A DNA stretch of 64,000 nt from Candidatus Poribacteria bacterium (GCA_965205015.1 OZ242029.1:1056001-1120000), one strand, 5' to 3'; shown: positions 48,501 through 59,399, counted from the first letter of the stretch. Notes: generated by a model not told the origin, from the letters alone. Program-made: numbers and translations.

Positions 48501-51500
48501 ATGAATATGCACCAGAATCCTTTGTCAGAGTTTGAGCTAGGTCAGATTGTTTTCTTGAAAGCCGATCCCTCTACTCGGGGGGCTGTTGTAGCGATCCTGC
48601 CGGGTACCCCTGAGAACCGAATTAACGTTTTTGTTGATGGAAATGTTCATACTTTTTATCCATCTCAGTTGCAACTTGAGGTTCAAGATAGTTCTCGTGT
48701 CTTTTCATGTGATGACTTTCATGCTTACCTAACGGCACTCCAAATTCGGTACCCCGGTTTATCAACCTTATATTCGCTCAATGCAGCGCGGGTTGACTTT
48801 ATCCCCTATCAATACCGACCCGTTCTGAAATTCATCAAAGCGGACTTACCAAGGCTGCTCATTGCCGATAGTGTTGGTGTTGGTAAAACGATTGAGGCTG
48901 GTCTGATCTTACGCGAACTACAAGCACGTAGCAATATTGAATCTGTTCTCATTATATGCCCGCGTCCCTTGGTGGCTGAGCAAAAGTGGCAGCGGGAGAT
49001 GAAACGATTTGACGAAAATTTTGAACATTTGGACGGAGATAAGTTGCGATATTGTATCAATGAGATGCACCTTGACGGTGAGTGGCCAGAACAATACCAG
49101 AAGGTGATTCTCCCGTATTCATTATTGAATAACACACTCCTTTTCGGTCCAGGAGGGGGTCGTAAACGAAAGCGTGGCAAAGGGCTTTTAGACCTGGACC
49201 CACCGCCGCGCTTTGATCTGGTCATCGTTGACGAAGCGCACCATATCCGAAATCAGGGGACAGCCAACCACGAAGCAGTCCGGTTTTTCTGTGAAAATGC
49301 GGAAGCAGCGATATTTCTTACAGCAACCCCTATTCAGCTCGGCAGCCACGACCTATTTGTCCTGCTTAATGTTCTCCGCCCAGATCTGATTCTGGATGAG
49401 GAGAGTTTCAATCACATGGCGGAGCCAAATCACTTCATTAATCAAGCGGTTAACGCTGCACGGGCACAAGAGAGCGATTGGAAGCAGATCGCAAAGGAAG
49501 CTTTTGACCAAGCAGGTGCAACCGACTGGGGGCAATCAATTCTCAAGGCTAATCCTGAATTCAAGCGAATTAGAAATCAGCTTGCTGGGAGGCGTATTAC
49601 CCCTGAAGATCGCGTCCAACTCATCACCGATATAGAGGCACTCCACACATTTTCAGGAATAATCAATAGAACCCGCCGTCGCGATATCGGTGAGTTTACT
49701 ATTCGCAAATCACAGACCGTACCGGTGAAATTGACGACAGAGCAGGATGAACTTCATGAAGCACTCCTTGAAACGCAAGCGGAAATATTCCGCAGCTTAC
49801 ACGGCAATCAGAGTGTTAACTTTATGATGACAACGCTCCGTCGACAGTTGGCAAGTTGTTTGCATGGGCTCGAACCCCTCCTTGAGGATATTTTGAACCG
49901 CCGCCTTGACGAACTTGAATGGACGGAAGCTGATGCGATTGAGGCAATTCCCTCATCGGAATTAGTTACACATATCCGAGAACATGTGCAAGTGCTTCTT
50001 GAGAGAGCGAAGAATCTTGATTCAGAAGACTTGAAACTGGAAGCACTTCGGACAATTGTTCGTGATCGGCAAAACCTTCCGAATAACAAGGTTATGATTT
50101 TCAGCAGCTTCCGTCACACACTTTTCTATCTGCACGCACACCTAATGCGCGACGGATTTCGCGTTGGATTGATTCATGGGGGCACCCCGGACGAGGAACG
50201 CCTTGACCTCCGGAATCGGTTTGAAAAACCCCGTTCAGACCCCGACAGTCTTGACTTGATGCTCTTTTCGGAGGTCGGCTGTGAAGGGTTGGACTACCAG
50301 TTCTGTGACTGCATCGTTAACTACGATCTGCCGTGGAACCCAATGAAGGTTGAACAACGTATTGGTCGTATTGATAGGAGGGGACAAAAGAGCGAGAGCG
50401 TTAGCATTATCAACCTGATTACACCCGGAACCGTTGATGCAGATATTTATGAACGGTGTCTCCTTCGTATCGGGGTGTTTGAGAGCGCGTTAGGTGGAAA
50501 CGAGGAAATCCTGAGTGAAATCACAACGGAATTACAAGACATCGTCCAGAATCACGGGTTGACTCCAGCACAACGGAGAACCCAATTGGAAGTGTTAGCT
50601 GATAGCAAAATCGGATTGGTGTTGGAACAGGAAAAACTTGAGGCACAGCAATTAGACCTGTTTGGACTGCGCTTTCCTGAGGATAAGATGGAGAGAGAGG
50701 TCGAGGAAGCGTCGAGTTTCTGGTTATCTTCGGACTCAATACAGCGGCTCGTCACGCGTTATCTTCACCAAAAAATCGGGACAGCGCAAGAATTCATCCT
50801 CGGTGAAAAACCCCTTAAAACCCTTCGACTTTCTGAGGAAGCGCGGAATACCTTATTGGGTGATTTTCAGCAGTTCCCTCGGGAAAGGACACGTGTCTAT
50901 CGTGACTGGGAAAAATGGTTAAAAGGATCGGAGCAGCATTTATCTATAACCTTTGAGGCTGACTGTGCCACAGGGAATCCTGACGTTGTATTTATCATGC
51001 CGACCCACCCATTCGTGAAACAGGCAGCAGCGGTGTTAAACACAGACCAAGAAGTCGTTACAGCACTGAAGGTCAGAACCAACAAGGTGCCTCCGGGACG
51101 TTATGAGTTTGCTATTTACCAATGGCGCTTTCTTGGGATTCGGGAACATTTAGTCCTAAAACCGATTGCTTTATCAGAGGCGTTGGGGCCGCATCTTAAC
51201 GACCTACTTGAAAGGGCAGAAGATGGTGATACACAGGGAAGCCAAACCCCAATCCAGAAAGAAGCGTTAGAAAAAACGCACCAGCACCTATGGGCTGAAG
51301 CACGGGACAAACATCAGGAACGCATACAGGCGTTAGCAGATTACCGTAAAGAGAGTTTGTCAACTAGTCATCAAAAACGGGTAATGCTACTTGAAGATAA
51401 GATTGCACAAGCAACCGATCCAAGAATTCAACTGATGCGACAGAGCGAACTTGACAACGCTGAGTCTGATTACCGGCGGCGTATCCAAGTGTTTAACGAG

Positions 51501-51563
51501 GCAATGGCAAAAGCAGATGTTACCGCGGAACCGGTGGCGTATGGGATTCTGGAAGTGGAGTAG
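48501..51563 (+). CDS. SNF2-family helicase (RapA/DrmD-like)
   Basis: PYQ, LLIADSVGVGKTIEAG, IVDEAHH, LTATP, SEVGCEGLD, NYDLPWNPMKVEQRIGRIDRRGQ. Confidence 0.92.
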   Translation: MNMHQNPLSEFELGQIVFLKADPSTRGAVVAILPGTPENRINVFVDGNVHTFYPSQLQLEVQDSSRVFSCDDFHAYLTALQIRYPGLSTLYSLNAARVDFIPYQYRPVLKFIKADLPRLLIADSVGVGKTIEAGLILRELQARSNIESVLIICPRPLVAEQKWQREMKRFDENFEHLDGDKLRYCINEMHLDGEWPEQYQKVILPYSLLNNTLLFGPGGGRKRKRGKGLLDLDPPPRFDLVIVDEAHHIRNQGTANHEAVRFFCENAEAAIFLTATPIQLGSHDLFVLLNVLRPDLILDEESFNHMAEPNHFINQAVNAARAQESDWKQIAKEAFDQAGATDWGQSILKANPEFKRIRNQLAGRRITPEDRVQLITDIEALHTFSGIINRTRRRDIGEFTIRKSQTVPVKLTTEQDELHEALLETQAEIFRSLHGNQSVNFMMTTLRRQLASCLHGLEPLLEDILNRRLDELEWTEADAIEAIPSSELVTHIREHVQVLLERAKNLDSEDLKLEALRTIVRDRQNLPNNKVMIFSSFRHTLFYLHAHLMRDGFRVGLIHGGTPDEERLDLRNRFEKPRSDPDSLDLMLFSEVGCEGLDYQFCDCIVNYDLPWNPMKVEQRIGRIDRRGQKSESVSIINLITPGTVDADIYERCLLRIGVFESALGGNEEILSEITTELQDIVQNHGLTPAQRRTQLEVLADSKIGLVLEQEKLEAQQLDLFGLRFPEDKMEREVEEASSFWLSSDSIQRLVTRYLHQKIGTAQEFILGEKPLKTLRLSEEARNTLLGDFQQFPRERTRVYRDWEKWLKGSEQHLSITFEADCATGNPDVVFIMPTHPFVKQAAAVLNTDQEVVTALKVRTNKVPPGRYEFAIYQWRFLGIREHLVLKPIALSEALGPHLNDLLERAEDGDTQGSQTPIQKEALEKTHQHLWAEARDKHQERIQALADYRKESLSTSHQKRVMLLEDKIAQATDPRIQLMRQSELDNAESDYRRRIQVFNEAMAKADVTAEPVAYGILEVE

Positions 51564-51615
51564 CGTGCATAAAGATTTATATATTGTTTTCCTGTAGGTT
51601 AAGGAGGGATTTATT

Positions 51616-54600
51616 GTGTCAAGTGCGCAATTTGAACATATTCGGAGCATTAGACAGGATTTTCATCAAGGGAGTAAGCGGCTTAAAGAGAGTTCAAACA
51701 ATTCAATCAAGACGCTCGCTGATGATCTTTACAACAAGCATACGCATTTTATCTTTGAATTGATTCAGAACGCTGAAGACAACACATACGAAAAACAAGG
51801 GACTTATCCGCCTTATATCTCCTTTCAGTTAACAAAAACCGATCCGACTTGCACCCCTGGATCTAAGGGCGCGTTGATTATCCAAAATAACGAGATTGGC
51901 TTTCAACGCGATAATGTGGACGCTATTTGTGCAGTTGGTGCGACTACAAAAGAACAGGGACAAGGATATATTGGTGAGAAAGGCATAGGTTTCAAGTCTG
52001 TTTTTCGTGTAACAGGAAATCCTCATATTTTTTCTAATGGTTACCATTTCTGTTTACCCGAGTATGATGCGGAAACTGGGCTTGGATACATTGTACCACA
52101 ATGGATTGATAGCCCGCCAGAAGACCTATATCTCTCTGAAACTCATATTATTCTGCCGTTAACGAAGCCGGATTTTGGATATGAGACGATTGAGCAGATG
52201 CTACAAGATATTGAGCCAGAGACTCTTCTTTTTCTCTCAAAACTTGAAGAAATTCGAATTGGAACCGATACTGGAGATAATCTGACTATTTTGAAAGATA
52301 GTACAGCAATACCAGAGGTTGCAGTCATAGTTGAAGGTAATAAGCAGGGGAAAGTTTTCTCTAAGTCGGATAGTTTCTTGGTGTGCACCAAACGTTTTGA
52401 TAGACCTGTAGAGATTCGTCATGAGAAACGAAACGGAATAGAAAATCGAGATATCTCAGTTGCATTTCCATTGGATGAAAAATCAACTGCGATTGGAAAA
52501 ATTTTTGCCTATCTTCCTGTCCGATCGGATACCGGATTCCCATTTTTAATTAACGCCGATTTCATTCTACCCAGTTCGCGTGAAGATATTCAGGATGTAC
52601 CTTGGAATTACTGGTTGATGGACTGTGTGGCAAATTTGGTTACATCTGAATTATTACCGCTTCTAAAAGAAAAGCGACTTTTAGGCGTTAACTTTCTTGA
52701 AGCACTTGCCAACCGACTGAATAATCTTGTGTATGATGGAGATAGTTTGTTCTATTCTATTTTTAGGGGAGTTTGTAAAGCCCTGAAAAACGAGGCGTTA
52801 CTCCCTACCAGCGATGGCGAGTTTGTATCTGCGCGAAACGCCGCACTCACGCGTTCCGATGCAGTTAGAAACCTGATCACCCCCGCTCAATTACGCATAC
52901 TTTTGCGTTCTAACGCTGATCGTAATGTTCCACGCAAATGGCTATCTGCTGAAATCACGCTAGACCGAACTCCATATCTCCGTAGCTACCTCATGGAGAT
53001 TCTTGGAATTGAAGAAGTCACACCTGATATGTTTGCCCGTAGGCTCACCAAAGAATTCCTTTCCGCACAGACTGACGAATGGTTTGTCAAATTCTACAAA
53101 TTTTTATCCGAACAGCCCGCATTGTGGCGTTCCAACGGTGCCGTTCTAAGAACCAAACCGATCTTGCGTCTCCAAGATGGAAGGCATGTGAATCCACCTC
53201 AAGAAGATTCCGTTCCTACGGCCTATTTGTCACTTGATAAGACTCCTGACACTTCATTGCCGATTGTGAAATGGGAAATTACCCAAGATAAAAGTGCCTA
53301 TCGGTTTCTAAGAACGTTAGGCGTTCAAGAATGCGACATCGTTGCGGAAGTCATTGAAAAGGTGCTCCCAAGATACAAGAACAAGATGTCGCCAGTTCCC
53401 ATTAACGAGCATCTACAGGATTTTGACAAAATTCAACGGGCATATAACACAGATTCAATAGAGAAAAAAGAGCAGCTTAAAACAATGCTGCGAGAGACCC
53501 CTTTCATTCGGGCAGAGGAATCGGACAAAGATGGAAATGTCTACTTTGAACCCGAGTGTCTCTATTTTGGCGATAATACTTTGCGTTCATATTTCGCTAA
53601 CAACCCTTCATGTGCCTTTGTTGATCTTGATATTTATCCGCCTTCTGCCAAATCGTTGTTCGGCGATTTAGGGATTTTGGGTTCTGTACGAATTCACAGG
53701 GAACCGGAGGATTCGCAAGGGTACGTTACGATTGTGAATGAGCGTGGAAACCACCAGAGAGGATGCTTCGGGTTTGATTATGGTATCACCGTTGATGGAT
53801 TAGAACACGCTCTCAACACCCCAACTCTTGAGAAAAGTTCTTTCATTTGGAATCACATCGCTATTCCTAATGCAGATTGCATTAAAGGGTTTGTGGAAAA
53901 GTCCAGTACCCAAACTTATAGTAAGAGTTCGTTTGAGGAGATTGAATCCTATTATTTTGGACGTTTGTTAATTGATACTGTATGGCTTCCTGATTCCGAT
54001 GGAAACATGCACAGACCGAGTGAAATTACTCTTGATGATCTTCCCGCTTCATTCAAGAAGGATGAAGAATTGGCAAAACAACTTGGTATGCCAATTAGCA
54101 AAACTCGGATAGTTGACAAGGTTGCCCCAGAAATTGGTGTATCTTCGGAGATTCTCAATGGGATCGTTAATGCCTCACCGGAAATGCTTCAGCAAATTGA
54201 ATCACTGTTACAGTTAGGACCTGACTTTGGTCATTTGCCACCCTCTCCGTCCCCCCTTTTCGATGGCTTGTCGTCCTCTCAAACTACCGCTTTCCCAGTG
54301 CGTTCTGTATCGAACCCGGCGCGACGAAAAAAAATGATTCTCGCAGAACTTAAAGAGTCACCGGACCAGGAATATGTTGAAAAAAGAAGGAGTGTTCGGA
54401 CGACGCGGAGTAAGATCGATCCTAAAACGTGGCTCAGTGCTGAATATATGAATGATGACAGTCAAATTATATGCCAAATCTGCCAAGAGGTGATGCCGTT
54501 TAAATATAAGGGCGAAAATTACTATTTTGATGCGGTGGAGATGCTGAAAGGGTACTTCACGAAAGAGTACGAGGCACAATTCTTAGCACTTTGTCCAGAG

Positions 54601-55347
54601 TGCTCTCCGAAGTATAGAACATTTATGAAGCAAGTGCCTGAAGCCATGGATGCCTTGAGAAAACAACTCATGGATTCGGATGATGCGAGTGGTTTTGAAG
54701 TTCCGTTGAAACTCGGTGACACGAATACAAGCCTCCGTTTTGTGGAGAGGCATTGGCTTGATATAAAATCAATTTTGAGTTTTTACGAAGATCAGTCAAA
54801 GCAGTCTATTGAAACATCTGATTCAGGTGAAAATCAGGTAGAACCGAAGGAGTCGCTACCTGTACAACCGGACGAAAAAAAGGAGAATTGGAATGCGGAT
54901 CAAATGCTATCCCAATTTTTCGCGCAACCCGTCCGTTTTATTACTTATACAGGTATAAAGGATTTGGCAGAAGTCGAAGCGAGTCAATATGATATAAAAG
55001 GCACTGATACCAAGGGTGCTAAAATTAAGTTCACGAAACTGGACATCCTATTTGCTTTTCCCAAAGAGAAGATGCCAGTCTTAAAACCTCATGTAAAGGT
55101 AAGGAGACCGTTAAAAAACAAGAATCTCCAACCCGTTGAAATTTATGAAAATCAATTTCGAGTTTCAGACAAACGTCTCACGCAAGTGAAAGAGAACAGA
55201 TCCAAAGTGGAGGTTGTCGCTCGAACTGGACATGTCTTGAGCGGCTGGATCCAACATTTCGACAAACACGTTCTCTATATGCGAGTCGGAGAAAAGGTCG
55301 TAATCGTCTATCGACACGGCTTGTTTGGATTTACAATTGGGAAATAA
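51616..55347 (+). CDS. Sacsin/NOV-like GHKL ATPase with degenerate HNH-like Zn domain and C-terminal Hfq/Sm-like domain
   Basis: HFIFELIQNAED, IGEKGIGFKSVF, FPFLINADF; CQIC...LCPEC; tail VEVVARTGHVLSGWIQHFDKHVL...IVYRHGL. Confidence 0.82.
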   Translation: MSSAQFEHIRSIRQDFHQGSKRLKESSNNSIKTLADDLYNKHTHFIFELIQNAEDNTYEKQGTYPPYISFQLTKTDPTCTPGSKGALIIQNNEIGFQRDNVDAICAVGATTKEQGQGYIGEKGIGFKSVFRVTGNPHIFSNGYHFCLPEYDAETGLGYIVPQWIDSPPEDLYLSETHIILPLTKPDFGYETIEQMLQDIEPETLLFLSKLEEIRIGTDTGDNLTILKDSTAIPEVAVIVEGNKQGKVFSKSDSFLVCTKRFDRPVEIRHEKRNGIENRDISVAFPLDEKSTAIGKIFAYLPVRSDTGFPFLINADFILPSSREDIQDVPWNYWLMDCVANLVTSELLPLLKEKRLLGVNFLEALANRLNNLVYDGDSLFYSIFRGVCKALKNEALLPTSDGEFVSARNAALTRSDAVRNLITPAQLRILLRSNADRNVPRKWLSAEITLDRTPYLRSYLMEILGIEEVTPDMFARRLTKEFLSAQTDEWFVKFYKFLSEQPALWRSNGAVLRTKPILRLQDGRHVNPPQEDSVPTAYLSLDKTPDTSLPIVKWEITQDKSAYRFLRTLGVQECDIVAEVIEKVLPRYKNKMSPVPINEHLQDFDKIQRAYNTDSIEKKEQLKTMLRETPFIRAEESDKDGNVYFEPECLYFGDNTLRSYFANNPSCAFVDLDIYPPSAKSLFGDLGILGSVRIHREPEDSQGYVTIVNERGNHQRGCFGFDYGITVDGLEHALNTPTLEKSSFIWNHIAIPNADCIKGFVEKSSTQTYSKSSFEEIESYYFGRLLIDTVWLPDSDGNMHRPSEITLDDLPASFKKDEELAKQLGMPISKTRIVDKVAPEIGVSSEILNGIVNASPEMLQQIESLLQLGPDFGHLPPSPSPLFDGLSSSQTTAFPVRSVSNPARRKKMILAELKESPDQEYVEKRRSVRTTRSKIDPKTWLSAEYMNDDSQIICQICQEVMPFKYKGENYYFDAVEMLKGYFTKEYEAQFLALCPECSPKYRTFMKQVPEAMDALRKQLMDSDDASGFEVPLKLGDTNTSLRFVERHWLDIKSILSFYEDQSKQSIETSDSGENQVEPKESLPVQPDEKKENWNADQMLSQFFAQPVRFITYTGIKDLAEVEASQYDIKGTDTKGAKIKFTKLDILFAFPKEKMPVLKPHVKVRRPLKNKNLQPVEIYENQFRVSDKRLTQVKENRSKVEVVARTGHVLSGWIQHFDKHVLYMRVGEKVVIVYRHGLFGFTIGK

Positions 55348-55456
55348 TAAAGGCGACCTACAAATCACAGGTATCGATGCAACTTGAAAAAAGTGTATAG
55401 AAAGTTTTTTGTTTTACAATTAGGATAGACTATAGAGATGGAAGGGAGCACATTAC

Positions 55457-58400
55457 ATGCCAAGCGATTACAAAGCAATAACAGAATATAACGAAGATCA
55501 ACTGGGCAAGGATACGTCGTCTCGCAAGACTCAAGTTTCTATGTACTCGGACCCTACACACTTTGTATACGAGATTCTGCAGAACGCCGATGACCATGGC
55601 GCAACCGAAGTGCTTTTCAAACTCTCAAAAAATGAGATTGTAATTGAGCACAACGGTGAACCTTTCGAGGAGGAAAACGTCAGAGCAATTACATACTTCG
55701 GCAAGAGTACAAGCCGCGAAGACCTTGTAAAGACAGGGCGTTTCGGTATAGGCTTTAAATCTGTCTTTGCTTTCACAACGACACCGATTATCATTTCGGG
55801 GCCCGAGCATTTTCAGATATATGGGTTATATCGCGTCAGAGAATATCCATATCCAGAAGGTTTTTCTCCGTCCCGAACTCGCATTATTCTTCCATTCAAC
55901 CATGAATCCGAGCAACCGGACTTCGTGGAAGAACCTATGTTTCAGGAAGAGGCATATCAACAAATATCAGAATGTTTAATTGACTTAGATATGAATACAC
56001 TACTATTCACGCGAAACATTCAAGAGATTCGTTGGGAGATAGATAATCAATATGAGTGCTACTCGCGTGAAGATGAGATAGCAGGTAACGCCCGATTGAC
56101 AACAATTAAAGACGGTAAAAATGAGAATACGTATCTGGTTTTCTCAAAGATTCCAACTTGGGAAAATGAGGAGCATAAAGAAGTAGAGATTGCCTTCTCT
56201 GTAGATGAACAACATCAACTTTCGCCGATACATGGCGAATTTCTCCACGTTCTCTTTCCAACAACAGAAAAAACAGGTTTAAGGTTTATACTTAATGGAC
56301 CTTATCGTACGAATCCGGCTCGAGAAACCATATCAAAAACTGATGCTTTCAATCGCCATCTTATGCAGGTAACTTGCGAATTAATGAGAGAATTACTCCC
56401 GATACTCAGAAATATAAAACTTCTAACGCTTCAATTTTTGTCGATTCTTCCAAATGAAGAGGATTCCCTATCGATTTTCTATGCCCCACTCAGTGATATT
56501 GTCGTTAATGAATTTCGGAATACAAAATTGACCCCGACAAAACGGGGAGACCACGCTGCTGCATCGGAACTTTATCGAGTGAGCACGGAATTATCGGATT
56601 TGATTAGCGATGGAGATCTGGCGATACTTCTTGGAAAAGATTGTTCTCTACCTTTCAAAGTTGACGAAATTTCACAACAGCGTGACGAAAGAGGTCGATT
56701 TGTCCAAGATCCCAATGCCAAGTTTATAGATAATTTCCTAAATACATTGCGCATTCCTGATTGGAACACGTCCCAACTTGTAAGCAAACTACTTGCTCAG
56801 CCTGAAATAGTAAAGGTTTGGTTAAGGGAAAAGAGCATTGAGGACCACCAGATTCTTTATGCATTGCTTTATGATTTTCTGCGGCTCAGACAAAGTGGCA
56901 CCTACTGGTATTCATCTAATAGCAACCTGAAAAATAAGTTATCCGATCTTCCCCTCATCCCTTGTAGTGATAGTATCTACAGAGCGGGAGATAAATGCTT
57001 CTTTCCAAGTGATGATGTAGAACGCGACGAGCGTTTCCCTCGCGTTCTTAAGGGGGTTTATTCATCTGGAGGAGACGATGATCAAAGGTCGAAGGCTCGA
57101 GACTTCCTTGAAGCTATCAACGTCCGCCCAGTTGATGAAGTTGTAGAGATTGAGGCAATTTTGCAACAGCGATATGTAAGTGGGACGATTGCACTTCGTA
57201 AACCTCATCACAAAAGAGATATAGAAAGGTTCATTGAATTTGTAGAAAAGGAACCTGATAAGGCCATTTTGTTCAAAGACTACCATATATTTCAGCTAGA
57301 CAAAAGCGATTCAAAAACATGGTCGTTCCCTCGCAAAGCTTTCCTGGATACTCCTTATTGCAATACGGGTTTGAGAACTTACCACGCGATCCTTGATCTT
57401 AAAGATTCAGAGGGGCGGCGGTTGGCTATTTCACCAAAGTATGAAAAATTCGGCATAAACTTAGAGAAATTGGTAAAATTTGCCGAGGCGATAGGTGTCC
57501 AAACAAAGCTGGAGGCCATCATGCAACAGATTCCGCGCGACCATCCGGAATACAATTATCTTGTCACTGATGCCCCAGGTGAACGCATTACATACACATC
57601 GAAAAATGAAGATTACACCATCGATAAGTTTGATATTTTTTCCCGTATACCTGCAGAATTTTTTGCAAAATTTGGCGATATTGATAGAGCATTAGATACA
57701 GCAAAATTGATATGGCAAACGATGTGTTCCCAACCTCACAATCGTCTGGAAGCCAGATTTCGTAAGAATTCATCTTACTCTGATCGTGTTGGTACCTCTA
57801 GCCTTGTCCATGCTTTAAAGCAAGGTCGATGGGTTCCACAGAAAGATGGTGACTCTGTGTCCTTTGTGTGTCCTCGTGATGCCTTCCGCGAACATCTTCC
57901 TGAAAAAGATGGTTTTCCATGGCCTAAAGGTTACCCACACGATGCTGGTGACACTTGGCTCAAGGCGATTGAGTTTGGTAAGATTATTGATAAACAAAAA
58001 GAGGAAAACGCCCAGCAAAATCAAAAGGCAAAAGAGTTTGGATTTGATTCCGTGGATGAAGCCAACACAATGGCAGAGATAGCAAACACTTGGAAAGAGC
58101 AGGGGAAATCACCGGAGGAATCGCTCAAAAAACTTGTTGCCCAAGAGCGTCGTAAGGAATTGCTTATTATAGAACTTGACGACGCTGGGGAAAAAATCTA
58201 TAAAATCGTGCCAAGGAGTACTAAGGTCACCAGTAACACAATTGATCCGAGAACTGCTCTTAGAGCACAATATACGATGGATGAAAACAGCATGCACTGT
58301 CAGATGTGTTCAAAGGATATGCCCTTCAAAAAGCGGAATAGCGATGAAGATTACTTTGAGGCAGTGGAAGCATTAGGAAAGGGATACTTCTTCAAAGAAC

Positions 58401-58642
58401 ATGAAGCACAGTATCTGGCATTGTGTCCAGAATGTGCAGCAGAGTACAAAGAATACGTGAAGCGAGATCCAAAAGCACGTGAAACTTTCCATGACGCCCT
58501 GAAGAATTCGGATAGCCCCCAAATCCACTTGGCATCGAACGGGCGAACCATACGTATTTGGTTTGAAAACAAGCATTGGCAGGACCTGAAAACAATTTTA
58601 TACTATTACGAACACATATACGACTCTGATGATGCGGATTAA
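55457..58642 (+). CDS. Second sacsin/NOV-like GHKL ATPase with degenerate HNH-like Zn domain
   Basis: HFVYEILQNADD, GRFGIGFKSVF, LNGPYRTNPARE; CQMC..MPFK..YFEAVE..LALCPEC. Confidence 0.82.
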   Translation: MPSDYKAITEYNEDQLGKDTSSRKTQVSMYSDPTHFVYEILQNADDHGATEVLFKLSKNEIVIEHNGEPFEEENVRAITYFGKSTSREDLVKTGRFGIGFKSVFAFTTTPIIISGPEHFQIYGLYRVREYPYPEGFSPSRTRIILPFNHESEQPDFVEEPMFQEEAYQQISECLIDLDMNTLLFTRNIQEIRWEIDNQYECYSREDEIAGNARLTTIKDGKNENTYLVFSKIPTWENEEHKEVEIAFSVDEQHQLSPIHGEFLHVLFPTTEKTGLRFILNGPYRTNPARETISKTDAFNRHLMQVTCELMRELLPILRNIKLLTLQFLSILPNEEDSLSIFYAPLSDIVVNEFRNTKLTPTKRGDHAAASELYRVSTELSDLISDGDLAILLGKDCSLPFKVDEISQQRDERGRFVQDPNAKFIDNFLNTLRIPDWNTSQLVSKLLAQPEIVKVWLREKSIEDHQILYALLYDFLRLRQSGTYWYSSNSNLKNKLSDLPLIPCSDSIYRAGDKCFFPSDDVERDERFPRVLKGVYSSGGDDDQRSKARDFLEAINVRPVDEVVEIEAILQQRYVSGTIALRKPHHKRDIERFIEFVEKEPDKAILFKDYHIFQLDKSDSKTWSFPRKAFLDTPYCNTGLRTYHAILDLKDSEGRRLAISPKYEKFGINLEKLVKFAEAIGVQTKLEAIMQQIPRDHPEYNYLVTDAPGERITYTSKNEDYTIDKFDIFSRIPAEFFAKFGDIDRALDTAKLIWQTMCSQPHNRLEARFRKNSSYSDRVGTSSLVHALKQGRWVPQKDGDSVSFVCPRDAFREHLPEKDGFPWPKGYPHDAGDTWLKAIEFGKIIDKQKEENAQQNQKAKEFGFDSVDEANTMAEIANTWKEQGKSPEESLKKLVAQERRKELLIIELDDAGEKIYKIVPRSTKVTSNTIDPRTALRAQYTMDENSMHCQMCSKDMPFKKRNSDEDYFEAVEALGKGYFFKEHEAQYLALCPECAAEYKEYVKRDPKARETFHDALKNSDSPQIHLASNGRTIRIWFENKHWQDLKTILYYYEHIYDSDDAD

Positions 58643-58661
58643 TCGTTGCCAAAAACATGTT

Positions 58662-59027
58662 ATGTCAGAAGAAACAGCGGAATATCAGGTGAAGGCGAAA
58701 AGCGGGATTATGCATAACAACACACGAAACGAGTTTGCATCTTACGGTTTAGACATACTCAAGCGGTCAGTGCTACTGGTGTTATATGAAGGGACGGATA
58801 GCGTATATGAAAAATCACCATATCCACGATATCCAAATGGACGGATCCTCAAAGCAGGGCAGATTCGTGAAAAACTGAACATACTGCAACCGCGGCTCGT
58901 ATGTGCTAACACTAACTCTCTGATTCATGGCATCCTTGATCACCTACGGCATGATGGACATGCGTATCATTATGTTGGTGCCGGATGGGGAATCACAGAG
59001 AACGGAGTATCGGTCCTTGAAGGTTAA
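58662..59027 (+). CDS. Hypothetical protein, possible winged helix
   Basis: IREKLNI...LIHGILDHLRHDG...GWGITENG. Confidence 0.5.
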   Translation: MSEETAEYQVKAKSGIMHNNTRNEFASYGLDILKRSVLLVLYEGTDSVYEKSPYPRYPNGRILKAGQIREKLNILQPRLVCANTNSLIHGILDHLRHDGHAYHYVGAGWGITENGVSVLEG

Positions 59028-59072
59028 ATTTTTTGTTGCATTTGGCGAGATATCTATAGGTGTGGATAACAA

Positions 59073-59399
59073 GTGAAACATCGCGTGAAATATTCTGATA
59101 TTACAAGCCAATGGGGCATTGGTATAATTACGAAAATAATGGATGATATATGGATAGCCGATATAATATTCTGTGGAGAATTCTTTGAAGATATTAATAT
59201 CCAGATATTGGATCGGGAACAGGCTGATTTAAATTTCGTAAGAGATGATATTTTTATATACGATGTTTGGAAAAAAGATGTACCACCGCCAGAAATAATG
59301 CCTGAAGCTCATTTTATCTTATGTGTACATAGTGTACGTCATTTGTCTGATGATATAGTGGATTTTCTAAAAAATGTTGATTTTCTCCAGCGAATATAA
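59073..59399 (+). CDS. Hypothetical protein (AT-rich, uncertain)
   Basis: 108-aa ORF with no recognisable motif. Confidence 0.35.
   Translation: MKHRVKYSDITSQWGIGIITKIMDDIWIADIIFCGEFFEDINIQILDREQADLNFVRDDIFIYDVWKKDVPPPEIMPEAHFILCVHSVRHLSDDIVDFLKNVDFLQRI

Noticed and set aside
48501-51563. SNF2 helicase as ZorD of the zorAB pair
   Set aside because: It is 12.6 kb away across IS elements, there is no zorC, no C-terminal Mrr-like nuclease is visible, and the motifs are RapA/DrmD-like.
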